DNA from: Diadema antillarum
Taxonomy: Eukaryota
Assembly: GCF_040938485.1 (NCBI RefSeq)
Contig: NW_027270921.1
Location: forward strand, 186,001-250,000
Direction: 5' to 3'
DNA: 64,000 nt
Shown: one piece after another, positions 1 to 12,400 of the stretch
How the letters are laid out: each line of letters opens with the position of its first letter
Position numbering within the stretch: position 1 is the stretch's first letter
Notes under the pieces: model-generated
What the model was told of the DNA's origin: nothing
The model's database searches: none
Seen by the model: only the letters and a program-made list of their open reading frames with translations
Position numbers and translations under genes: made by a program

Positions 1-520
1 TATGGGTTTTCCTATCCACTAACGCTCCCAGTTTCACAATAAATTCAAGTCTACGTCTATCGTGTAGAATAGCGTCCATACAGAAAACGTACGATCACAC
101 GAGTGAGTGCGTGTGTGTACTGTGTGTGTTGAATTTCTCAACGCACGGCTAGCTCGCACACATCGCTAGCGCTACATACACCGCCAAGCGGTACGGTCGT
201 CGTGTTAAAATCGTACAAAACCAATATTCGTGCGTGCGTACATGGTGAACAAGCAGACTGACTCGCGAGGCCGGTAGAAAAGTTATGCAGTAAAGATATG
301 CCATTCATTCACTTACACGGCTCAGAACGAGAGCGTACGCGTAAATTGCGATGAGGTAGCAATATTTCGCGACGAACCACATGCACACAAATGAGCATGA
401 ATATTATCGATCGCATATAAATATGAACGTATCTTACTGAATTATTAGTACTAGTAGTAGTATGAGTACAAAAACATAATTTACGACATTTTGTCAGTTG
501 GAAGATATTGTAGCGAAATG
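1..520. promoter_or_regulatory. CpG-rich promoter/enhancer-like stretch
   Basis: Visibly many CG dinucleotides compared with KSR introns; ccaat at 221; no coding signal. Function is inferred only. Confidence 0.3.
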
Positions 521-858
521 TTTCTGCGGTGCTACATGTCAATGCTAATTTTACAAACTTCTCTAAGTTGTGCCTTTATGTGTTTTTGCTTCGTAAAAGA
601 AAGTGTTTTATTTTGTTTGTTTGTTATGTTTTTTTCTATCACGGGATAAGAATGCAGATACGAGTAGGCCGTGAATACGACAGCAACGACAAGTATATGT
701 TTCCATTATCATCTTTGTTTTTCCTTGCGCGTGCATGAGTGTGCCTTTGCTTTCTGAATATGTGTAGCTGGCGCCTCCTATACAGGAAAACTTATCAACT
801 CGACTAAAAAGGGTTTCTCAACATATCATCGCGGATATCATAACGTATATATCATATA

Positions 859-1391
859 TACACTGCAAAAAGTCCGGGGTTAAATAGTGAACACCGAGCT
901 GGTGTTAAATTTTCGGTGCTCATTTATGGTGTTAACTTAACACCTGCGGGTGTCATTTCCAAATTTTAAACTGTTTTTTGAAGAGTTTCTTAGTAACTGC
1001 ACTTCTTGTTGATTTTTAATTTAAACAAGACGATCAAGAATTTTACATTGAAATACTAGATTTTTGAAAAAATGTGAAAATAAATTTACACCAAAGTAAC
1101 ACCAGCTGGTGTGGTCCCTTATTGAAGCTGGACGAGTGTTAAACCATTGATATTAACACCAGCAAATATCAAATCAACACCATGTGGTGTCATTTTTTAA
1201 TTAACACCAGTACAGTGTCAAAATAACACCAGGTACAGTGTCAAATTCACCACGAAGTGTCAGGTGAACACTTTTCATCACCATCACAGTGCATTTTTAA
1301 CACCTGTGGGTGTGGTCCTTTATTGAAGTTTGATCGGTGTTAGATTTAACACCCGTGGTGTTAAATCTAACACCGATGTTTTTACAGTGTA
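859..1391. mobile_element. Non-autonomous DNA transposon with CACTG termini (possibly CACTA/EnSpm-like)
   Basis: tacactgcaaaaa ... tttttacagtgta terminal inverted repeats; interior packed with AACACC/GGTGTT motifs in both orientations. Confidence 0.7.
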
Positions 1392-2799
1392 TAAATATAT
1401 ATGTATACCTTATATAAAACAATGATATACCTATTTATCGAAATTGAAGACATAAACAAGTTGGTTGTCTATTCACTTTGTTCGTCAAAATCGATGTCAC
1501 AAGCTTGCGTGTATAAATGTGGTATTTTTAGGAGGCAATAAACATCAATTGCCCGTGGGGTTTTTTTCCCGCAACCACGACAATACATGTATAACATTTA
1601 CATTTTCATCTTTTCAAAAAGTTTGTCGAACCTCATTTTTGAAATCTTACTAAACCCAATTTTCTCATATCGCTTATTTTGATTCAAACCTTTTTAAAAG
1701 GAAAAAGGAAACACACTGTTATACTTCACACAAACAATTTGGCTTGACAAAACAAACAATCATAAAACGTGCCAAACGGTGTACAGAAAAGTGCAAACAC
1801 TTTGGAAATGACGAAAAGTTTGACAACCGAGAAACAGGCCTGTAAGTTGCATAGATCAAATATCAATCATCTGGCAATAATCGGTGCATGTATAGTGATT
1901 GCCGGCCCGACGTCAACTGGCCGTCAGATGAGAGTTTGGAGGAATGCGCGCACACCCTTCTCACAATCATAGACATTACGTATAACAAAGAGGACAAACA
2001 GGCTAGGCTAATATCAAACTCGCTTCTGTGTCAGAACGGTTTCCTTGTCACCATCTCTCATACTCCTTAGCACTCCACCCCCTTCTTTCTCTATCTCTAT
2101 ATCTAGCTATTTATCTACCTTATCTTGCAATATGCCTTTATACCACCGATCTCGCGCTATGGACCTTGTTTATCATAGATGCATGTGTGAGTCATTATAA
2201 CAATTACTCAATTTCCCTCTCATTACACCACTTCATTCATAACCCACATGTTCATTTGAAATCGTGGAGAACTCAATCTCATTCATTCCTCGTATGTAAT
2301 GGACCATCGGTCATATGAATCTTTCTTCTATCACCGCAATAATCATGAACACTGTTGTTGTACTTCTGAGTTTGGTTTAATGAACATCACCTCTGGCTCA
2401 ATGTTGTTGACATTATGATGTTGTCATACTCATTCTCGTAATTATTTTGCAGAATAATTCTTCGTCACCGCCTTCTACTTAAAAGGGCCTATACAACTTG
2501 TCATTATTATCGATAGGCCTATTATCATTACTATGGTTATCATTATCATCATTAGTATTATGATTATCATTAACGTCATTGTCGTCGTCATTACCATCGG
2601 TATATAGGCCCTATACCACTATTACTTCTACGATCATCGTTTTCTCATTATTTTCCGCAACCGTTTTGCAATCACCGGCACTATTCAGACGATAAAACTG
2701 GACGATTACGGAGGACCAGTGGGTCCCTTCGGGGTTCTTTTTCACATAATGCATAAAATTGACAATTATTTCACTTTCGTGATACCCCAGCACCCATTG

Positions 2800-2960
2800 C
2801 AGTGGCGGATCCAGAAGGGGGCGCATCAGGCTTGCGCCCCTCTTTATTTCTTGTTTAAACGAAAGAAATGAAAAGAAAAAAAATGGGGGGAGGGTGCGTA
2901 AGCCCCCTTTTAATTTTGTAAAGGCGCCTCCCCTTTACGGAATTCCTGGATCCGCCCCTG
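2800..2960. mobile_element. MITE with 15-bp TIRs and a 5-bp target-site duplication
   Basis: cagtggcggatccag ... ctggatccgcccctg, flanked on both sides by cattg. Confidence 0.8.
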
Positions 2961-4745
2961 CATTGCAATGTCGTTACTGTAAGTTTTCAATTATTGTTGT
3001 TTAGTCTGTACAAATTTACATGCATTATTTCTGTCACTGAATATAGCGAGGTCTACGCTCACATATAATTATTATCTTCTTTTGGAAAAACCAAATAAAT
3101 TTGAACTTGAACTTGATCATGACAAAAGCGAACTCCCGCCTTTGCGGACGGCTGCATTGAATACGGTCCCTTCTTTCACGGTGTCTGGAAAATAGGCAAA
3201 CTACTGATTATTTTATAATCTCATGCATTTCTTTGATAGTTAACATTGAAATTAAAGATAGTGATTACGTCCCGGAGTATTGAAACTATCCTCTATAATG
3301 CCATTTCCTTTCACTGATCCTTTTCGTCTTGTCTCATTTATAGAAAAAAGATTTCTTTGAACCCATATCACTATACAGACAGAGAAGCGAGCAAACAAAC
3401 GAATAAAGAAATTAAACTCAAATTCTTCGCTTCACATAATTTCCAGCATGTCATATCTGCCCATCACGCTCTTTCTTGTTGCCAATGTTTGCCCAAGCAA
3501 CAGTATTGAAATATAACAAACTACCACCAGTGTATACGTCTCCATACATTTTTAGTAATTTATTTCGTGGAAGTGATAAAATAATAATTGTGCAATGTAT
3601 ACTTTGTATTTTGTTACAGTTTTTGTGGACGAATGGAAATAAAGCAATGTCAAAACTAAACTAAAAAACGGGTTCGAACCTGTCCGGCAAATAGAATCTG
3701 GAGGGAGGGAAAAGTCGTGCTCTTTTTATATCTCCTGACCATGTTTGTCCGACTCCGGCAATGCTGGGGTATTGGTAATAGTTGGATAAGAACTGTTCAC
3801 ATCACTGCAAGATGCAATTCTAGGTTTATAGAACGTTGAAATCACAAACCCGTGGCCTATACTAAAGATATATAGGAAGGTGCAATGGATCCAGTGCAAA
3901 TTTATGATAGTACATGTATAAGAAAGACTTCGTTTGTCTGCGAAAGGGCCAATGTATAAATCGATCATGAAATGTGTTCTTCCTTTTTTCCCAAACGATT
4001 TTAATGTGCGTTCTATACGCATCCATAGGTTCAAATTTGATATTAATGATGTGCGACTGTTTGTAAATGTTCAATATATGCGACTTCATCCAACATACCG
4101 GTCCCATTTCCTATAAACCTGAAAATAGCTGATGCGCTTGTGATGACCAACTGATATGCTCACAATGTGTTAGATGTTGCTCATCCGTCGCCCATGGTAA
4201 CTGTAATCATTTACAGATGCGAGCGTTGTTAGGGTCTATGAACTGGAAACTTCGACTTACCCGGGCGACTTACTCATCAAAGGAACTTTGGGTGGCGCTT
4301 AGCACAGAATAAAGGGTTATGGGTACCTCCTGCGTTGTGACCAGTATAAATGCACTCGTTCTCTGGCATTTTGATCGATGGTGCCGAGTATCTATATCTA
4401 TCAATGTAGTGCATTCAGCTCAGATGGAGATGAAAGTTTAATCGAAAGGACTGGTGATCACTGGAGGGGGAGATTGATGTTTAATGAGAACTGGCGTGAA
4501 TGGAGCTGATGGTGTGAGGCTGACGGGGGCTGGCAAAGGGTCACCTGAATGTAAGGATCTATATTGGGGGTGAAACATGGAGACGAAATTAAGGGCGGGA
4601 GAAATAATGGCGTTACCGAAGATGAGGAGTGAAGAAGGCGGGAGCTAGGAAAGGGGGAGGGAAAGTTGAGAGTGAAGTTTGGTGTGAAAGCATGGCTTGA
4701 GATATGCGAGAATGGACGAAGCACTGTTGCCGGGAAAACCGGCTA

Positions 4746-4904
4746 NNNNNNNNNNNNNNNNNNNNNNNNNNNNNNNNNNNNNNNNNNNNNNNNNNNNNNN
4801 NNNNNNNNNNNNNNNNNNNNNNNNNNNNNNNNNNNNNNNNNNNNNNNNNNNNNNNNNNNNNNNNNNNNNNNNNNNNNNNNNNNNNNNNNNNNNNNNNNNN
4901 NNNN
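4746..4904. other. Assembly gap (N run)
   Basis: Ns; followed by (AAT)n. Confidence 1.
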
Positions 4905-5012
4905 TATAATAATAGTAATAATGATGGTAATAATAATAATAATAATGATAATAATAATAACAATAATAATAATAACATGCTCTATAAAAAACTCTTCATA
5001 TCTCTTTGACCA

Positions 5013-5163
5013 CTGAAACAAATCGGATGGGATTTTCTGTAAGATGTGGGCAATACGTTATGATTTCATACTCTGAAAACTGTATTTGGATTGATTCACT
5101 ATTTTTAAAGTTATCATTGCGGAGGGTCCCGTTGTATTTTTTTTTTTTTTTGGACATACGGTA
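5013..5163. mobile_element. Partial copy (right half) of the MITE at 33496-33945
   Basis: Shares ttttctgtaagatgtgggcaa...tgtatttgga...gattcactatttt...gcggagggt with the right half of that element. Confidence 0.75.
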
Positions 5164-6020
5164 CAATACTTGAATTTATCATAGGACTTTCTTCCTTTGT
5201 CACACATGAAAAAAAAAAAAAACACTTTTTACCCTGACATGGTACAATGGCACAATAATCATTACTCCTACATTTACGTTTAAAGTATCGAGGTAATGTT
5301 GTAAAATCCACATGGTAAGGCTACTAACTGCCCACCGATCAAAAGCTTCGCATGACTCCGACGTATCATCTGATGTGGGACTCAATATGCGGTAGAGCGC
5401 CAACACTCGACAAGATGCGTTTATGTCTGTCGAGACAGCATACTCGTGTCTGTGGTGGTTTCTTTGTTGTCTTAAATCTGAAGTTTCAATGTGTCTGCTG
5501 TTATCAAAGGAAACCAAAGCCCAAATACAAATGTGGATTGAGTAATCGTCGCTGGGATAAGGAGACTACTCACTTCATGACGTCATTATTGACAATAATA
5601 TAAAGAAAATTAAAACGAATTCAACACATTTTTGCTTTTCTAGCATAATGAAAGAGCACTTGACTTACAGAGCTCTTTCAGAAAGCAGGGGAAATAATAC
5701 TATCCTCACAAGTTGATGGAATGCGTACTTTCCATGAAAAATCAAATTTTGTGAAATTTCCCTTATATTATCCTCATATTGATGTTCATAATGATGTCAT
5801 TAATTGTAATGGTTTCCTTACTCAGCAATGGCAGCACCGAAATTACGAATCCGCAACTTTTGAACAAGTTCTCTGATTTTCCTCACACTTTTACTGATGT
5901 CTTCAACTAATATTGCTGCTTTCACTCAATCTACATTAATGTTTGGGCTTTGGTTTCCCTAAAGTTTATTCCACTCTTTGGTCATAATTACATCGATTTG
6001 AGGACAATAACTCGATCCCT

Positions 6021-6156
6021 GGACAATTACCCCAGACCCTTCCCCTGACCCTAATCCTAACTCAAACTCTAACACTAACCCTTACCCTAACCCTAATCTT
6101 TACTCTAACCCTATTACTAATCAGTATTTAGCAGGAGGGGAGGGGGGTAATTGTCC
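6021..6156. repeat. Short inverted-repeat element with an internal degenerate (CCCTAA)n tract
   Basis: ggacaattaccc / gggtaattgtcc 12-bp perfect inverted repeat around ccctaatcctaa...ccctaaccctaa...ctctaacccta. Confidence 0.7.
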
Positions 6157-6325
6157 TGATACGAATTACATCAATACTGAGATATTACTGCTTTACCAAT
6201 TACATCAATACTGAGATATTGCTGCTACTCATAGAGCTGAATTTACAGCTCTATGCTGCTACTACACTTCCATAGGATCGTCCATACAGGTGATATGAAA
6301 GCATTCTTCTCTGCAAGTTATCAAC

Positions 6326-6498
6326 TACAGTGGACTCCTGTTATAACGAAGTCCTCAGGACTGGCAGTTTTCTTTTGTTTTATCAAAATTTTGTTACAAC
6401 CGAACAAATAAACAATAATAAAATTAGAGTCGATAATTTTGCGACCTGGATTTGTATTTCGTTGTAACCGGAATTTCATTATAACGGGAGTGCACTGT
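6326..6498. mobile_element. Tc1/mariner (Tigger-like) MITE
   Basis: tacagtggactcctgttataacgaa ... ttcattataacgggagtgcactgt TIRs. Confidence 0.75.
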
Positions 6499-6800
6499 TC
6501 ATGTATAATCCCATCTTCTTTATAAATCCACTACAAATGTACTGCTACATTGCAAACAACTGAAAAATAATTTGGTGTGAAGTATGATATATAATATTTT
6601 TTCTGTCCTATTTTTCAAGTTGAATTCATCCCATAAAAGGATGACATGGATATGAGGCCATGACATTATCATCGCATCTAATTTGCATATAAAACTGCTA
6701 TCGCCAATCTACCAACTTCTCTATATTTTTCCAGTCTGCTAGTTTGAACTTCAAGTGAATTTCTAGTGCAAGACAGATTGTGTGTGGGTACACACAGTTA

Positions 6801-6994
6801 ACAGTGTACTCCCCTTATAACGATCACGGTTATAACAAAATTCTTGTTACAACGAAGTAAAAATTCAGGTCCCAAAATTATCATCTGTATAATACTATCT
6901 TCATGTATTTTACTGGTCAGCTATAACGAAATTTCGATATAACAAAAGAAAACTGCTGGTCATGAGGACTTTGTTATAAAAAGAGTTGCCTGTA
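6801..6994. mobile_element. Related MITE in opposite orientation to 6326-6498
   Basis: acagtgtactccccttataacg ... ttataaaaagagttgcctgta; internal aactgctggtcatgaggactt matches the reverse complement of the first copy. Confidence 0.7.
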
Positions 6995-8416
6995 CTTAAT
7001 TTAACTTCTGAAAGCGCTAAATAAATGTTATTTATCATCATGGTTATTATTTGTATTTACTACTCATAAAGCATCAGTCATTCAAGGACAACACTACCTC
7101 TCAAAGGAAAAATGGTCTAGAACATTTATCCCTTGAACACAACTTTTAATATCACCCTTTGGACAAGTACATTTATCTTTACATCCAGACAATTGCTTAG
7201 CAGAAATTGTCCGGATGGATTCATTACAACCATCACCACTTCCTGCCTCTCACTCTTTTTGAGAACAGAACTCAACTAGAAAAGCAGACACAGGGCACAC
7301 TTCAAGCTATCTTGATAATTTTCTTAGTTTAATTAAGAAGTTGTCATTGCTTTTAATCCCAGCACCCGTGAATATTATCATCATCAAGAGCATGGGTAAA
7401 TCTACATATATATATTCATATATTTATATATATTTAGATATACCTGTTTTGTACATAATGAAACATTTCTTTCTTTTTCTTTGCGTCGTTGCTATTCTGT
7501 AAGTTAGTATCAATAATATACATTTCTTTGCAATCCTACTATCAATTGTCAATTTTTTTTTTCTGAGGTTACACATGAAAAGACACCATGAATAAATTGT
7601 GAGGACCAATATGAAATCAGAAATAATGTCAAGACATGTTACTACAACCAAATTGACATTGGTTTCCAACTCATCAATATTCAATTAGTCCATCCACTGG
7701 AAAAAAAATAATCACATATAACACATGAAAAAAAAACCCAATAAGAAAGTATGTCCTCTCAATCACAGATGAGTTCAAATCAAACCATAAAATAAGAATA
7801 AATAATGAAATTTGTACTGAGATATTTCAATCATATGGGGCATGGACACACAGAAAACAATTACACTGTAACATAGATGATATATTGAGTCTGGAAACAT
7901 AACACTGGTTGACTGTATGCAGAAATAACCCAAACAAACAAATAAAAAACAAACAAACATACAATCAAGCAACACACACATGGCAACTCAATATCCCATC
8001 CACTTCAAAGGAAAAAAAATAGCACTGAAGTGATTAACAATTGCACTACTCATAAACTTCACAACACTCCCTTCTGTAACAATCATGAGTGCACTCGCAA
8101 GAGATTCCAATTTCGATTGCAATGCGCCAAACAAGCATCTCCCATTTTCAACATTTCCGAGATGGAAGAAACAAACACACAACACCACAAAAAAAAGAAA
8201 AAAAAAAGAAAAAAAAAAGCTTGACTGATAAGTAGAACAGTAGATGGATGGATAACTAGCAAGTTAATAGCTTGGTACAGAGATTAGCTGCATAACCTGG
8301 AGCATAAGCGGAGAGAAGAGAGAACGCAGAGCAATCAAAGAAACTTAAATCAGATTCCTTGCTTATACTGGATGAAAATGAACAAGATAGATAGATGCAA
8401 AGACAGATACACAAAG

Positions 8417-8690
8417 GGAGAGATATAGAGGGAGAGATAGGGAAAAGGGAGAGATATAGAGGGAGAGATAGGGAAAAGTGAGAGATATAGAGCGAGAGAT
8501 AGGGAAAAGAGAGAGATATAGAGGGAGAGATAGGGAAAAGTGAGAGATATAGAGGGAGAGATAGGGAAAAGTGAGAGATAGGGAAAAGTGAGAGATATAG
8601 AGCGAGAGATAGGGAAAAGTGAGAGATATAGAGGGAGAGATAAGGGAAAAGTGAGAGATATAGAGGGAGAGATAGGGAAAAGGGAGAGAG
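8417..8690. repeat. GA-rich minisatellite, unit about 31 bp, about 9 copies
   Basis: gagagatatagagggagagatagggaaaagt repeated in tandem. Confidence 0.9.
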
Positions 8691-9572
8691 AAAAAAAAAA
8701 TGATCATATTTTGGCAAGGATTGTATCCCTTCATGGAATGACTCCAGTCCTCCATAATCTAGACCCACAACCTATTTCAAAAACCAGAGTTTAAAAGTAG
8801 ATGTGGACACGCAGAAATAAGTAATTGTATACGTAACCAAAGAACCTGCACATTCCTCTGCTGGATACAATAAAATCTCACTTGCTTGAAACATAAACGG
8901 GCCACACGCAAATAAAATAAAGAATAAAAAAACAACAACTGCACAACTACATGTAAACCCTTACAAGCTGAAACATTCATTCTCTTCAAAATGCTCGATA
9001 CAAGTATTTTCTTTAATTTCTTTGATTTGTTTAACAATTCCATTTACTTCAAAGCATCGACTCTCCTTATGTTGATAATTTCAGACCATTCGCTGTGCTT
9101 CGAATGAATGCGTTCCAACACAAATTTCCAGGCGTCTGTATCTTTAAATGTAAGAAAAGTACCTAAATATACAAACACAGGTCAAATGACTGCAAACACA
9201 CACACTCTTCTACACATAGCACACAAATCTTTCTGAACCATTCATTTTAGAGTGTTTGGACCAATGAGGCATTGGGCTCATGGTATGAACTCACTTTCAA
9301 CTAGGAGAAGAAAAACAAACAAACAAACAAACAAACAAACAAACAAACAAAACAAACAAACAAATAAACTAAAAGAGAAATGAAGGGAGAAAATTGTCAC
9401 ATTCTAAAATATGACAGTCTTGAAACCTGCAACTGCTTAAATCTGTGACTGTAATTAGTCCACCTCTTTTGGCATGGAACACTTCACATTTCTTGCCCAA
9501 GAATCTCTTTTTTTTGACGAAATTCACTACGGCAGTGTTTTGGGAAAATAAGAATCTCAAAATCAGACTTAG

Positions 9573-9610
<38 letters not shown>

Positions 9611-10006
9611 TCAAAGGGATGGTATGGTTTTGGTTGAGATGGGGTGTTCAGATTTGAACGTTTTGCACGATAATCAGAAACCACTTATGAAATATGAAAG
9701 AGCATACAATTCTACAGAGGAATTCAAGGTTTATTTATTGAAAATCATTTTTGAAATGGCTGAGATATCCTAATCAAAGTAAAACAAAGTGGTCCTAATA
9801 AAAGGTGGGTCCCATCTTTTTATCAGGACCTTTCTGTTTTTCGATATCTCAGCCATTTTCAAATCGATTTTCATCACATAAACCTTGAATTTATCTTAGA
9901 ATGCATGCTCTTTCATATTTCAGAAAAGACTTCTCATTATCTCACACACATAAAAAAGTTGGAAACCTGGAGGCCATCTCAACCAAAAACTGTACCATCC
10001 CTTTAA
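9611..10006. mobile_element. Kolobok-like palindromic (foldback) non-autonomous element, family A
   Basis: tcaaagggatggtatggttttggttgagatg ... catctcaaccaaaaactgtaccatccctttaa; inverted symmetry extends over most of its length. Confidence 0.8.
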
Positions 10007-11137
10007 CATACGTGGGTGTGAAACAGCATTGGCGAGGTATCTTCAGCAAATTCTCATATTCAAAAAACAAACAAACACCAAGTTGGAAAAAATGACAACA
10101 ATCAAACACTTCAGTGACTTGGATACAAGAAAAGAGCACATGAAGCCTATTGAGCCATGTGATTCCAGTTTCAATATGCGCCTGCACGCACAGGGGCATT
10201 TCTGCTGTGACCTCAATTTACAAAATCTCGGCAAATGACACTATACAACGGCTCCTGACCAAAATTATTGACCAAAGATACATCATTGTGAATTCTTTAA
10301 AAACCATTGCAGGCAATACCGAGTTCAGACCTGCCCGGGTTTCTATTCAAACTACTCAACTTTGAAGTTGTTAGGACTAAGACAAGTACAAATGCCCCCC
10401 CCCCCCCCAATCATTATAGTGCCTAACCCATTATTACAGTTCACAAACTTTGGTGGGATTCTCACCACTTCAATCACTGGACTCCTGCACTCATTACAGA
10501 GTGCATGCCAACGACCAATTTTCAAATAATCCTCTGGAATGTTAAAAGGCCTATAATAACTGACTTTTTAAACTTTTTCAATACAGGCACTGAAGCGCAC
10601 AGCTTCATCACAAACAGCTAGTTTACATAGAGATGGTAATATCTGACCTGATCAGGCAACTAAAAAAGAAAGTGCAATAAAAGTAACAATCAACGGTATT
10701 TGGATCAACTTTACCCCATACTGTAGGAGAGGTACACGCACAGAGGCTTACTTCACATGGGAAAAGAAAATGCATATAAATTGATGTATAATGCTAAAAA
10801 CTGAAACAAACAAACATTCTGAATTACCAGACCAGCTGGTAGAAATATAGAAACTAAACACAGAAGGGAATGCACAAATGTTTTCAGTAAAAGTTGACCA
10901 TATTAATGATCACTGGCTTCTTCCAAGCGTACATCGACACTCTGTAGATGATACCAAATATTCAAATAAAAGCAGTAGCCACAAATGATTCTTAAAATCG
11001 CATTTCAATGTACATGAAGACACTTTTTGCTTTTTTTTTCCTCAAAAAAACATTTTGATGTCTTTGTAAGTCCACTTAAGAAATACACATATCATTATTG
11101 ACAATTCATTCACCAGAAAATAACAAGAGAGAGTGAC

Positions 11138-11186
<49 letters not shown>

Positions 11187-12240
11187 AAGAAAGACAGAAA
11201 GATCAAAAGACAAAGACAGAAAAAAAAAATAACAAAAGCTATGTCAAACTTCAAATTGACCTTTCCCGTCGCAGTAAGATCAAACTTTGTTTGACTGACA
11301 GGAGGTCCAGGCCACGACCGGAAAGGTCACTATGTTTTGCGTACGTCGCAAACGCAAATTGTTTCAAGCAGCACTTTTTACCACCACGTCGGCTACTGGT
11401 AGGAAAGAAACGAAGAGCCCCACCCCTACAATACCCTCTTTCTGTCGTCTTTTATACCATCACGTCCTGAATTTTCCTAGCCATGATGACCAGAACAATC
11501 CTTCCCCCCCCCCCACAGAGAGTGTGGATGTTAAATGAGAGTAAAATGGCATGGTCTTGCACCCCCTTGCAGTATACTCCCTTCACACCATTCTGCCAGT
11601 CAATGATGGCTTGCCAAGAACAGTCCCCCACGACTGTAACCTGATTGGTCGAGAATGTGGATTGGAGAGTGAAAAATGTCTGCTATGTTATTACACCCAG
11701 CCGCCGCTTCAACAGAGATTGCGCAATGCTACCCACACTACGCAAAAAAAAAAAACTACCTTGGCAACAAACTACAGCTTGGTACTTGCAATTCATTTCA
11801 AGTTCCCGTTGCCAGTAATTGGTTGCTAAGTTCGGAGCAAAGTGGTCAACTCACCAAAATTTCACAGATCGAGCAGATATTTGCAGCTCCCTCCCATCAA
11901 TTATCAAAATATCGGCATTTCGTAGCAGCAAGGGAGCTGAAGGAACCACCACTCACTTATTTCTTTGGACGATCCTGCAATAATCTTGAACACAAACACA
12001 TCTACAAACTCTTGTGGCTATAGACTGCTGCAGCCACACACATTTCAGTCCTACGAACAGAAAAATACACAAGCTGAGACCAGGACAAATTCAAGGAATG
12101 GCTTACCTAACATTGGCGCAGAAAACTAAAAGCAACATTAGTCTTGTGCAGACTGTACATCTAAACACACTAAGATCGGCTATGATGGACCCCCACTTTG
12201 TACCACATGCTTTGCGCACTAAGCAGTATACCCATGGCTA

Positions 12241-12400
12241 TTAAAGGCAAAACATAGTTCTCCAAATTCACCTTCCGTCACTTGAAATTTGTTTGCAATG
12301 CATTGAAAGGGTCTACCAAGAAACTTGAGTGACCGGTGAAATTTGCCAGGATGATGAGATGTTTCGGAGTATTTTTAGATCAAGAGAGTAAAATCATTTT
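12241..12400. mobile_element. Partial Kolobok-like element, same family as 45301-45720
   Basis: Starts ttaaaggcaaaacatagtt; shares gaaagggtctaccaagaaactt and ggatgatgag...ggagtattt with the reverse complement of 45560-45720. Confidence 0.65.

Noticed and set aside
3665-3690. Isolated B-box-like gggttcgaacc
   Set aside because: No A box or cloverleaf nearby; at most a SINE remnant.
3726-4107. Overlapping minus-strand ORFs that look like a decayed coding fragment
   Set aside because: No recognisable motif or convincing splice sites; cannot be assigned without a tblastx search.
4150-4745. Possible retroelement end or hammerhead ribozyme next to the gap
   Set aside because: No CUGAnGA...GAAA core with stems, and no LTR pair or RT motif found.
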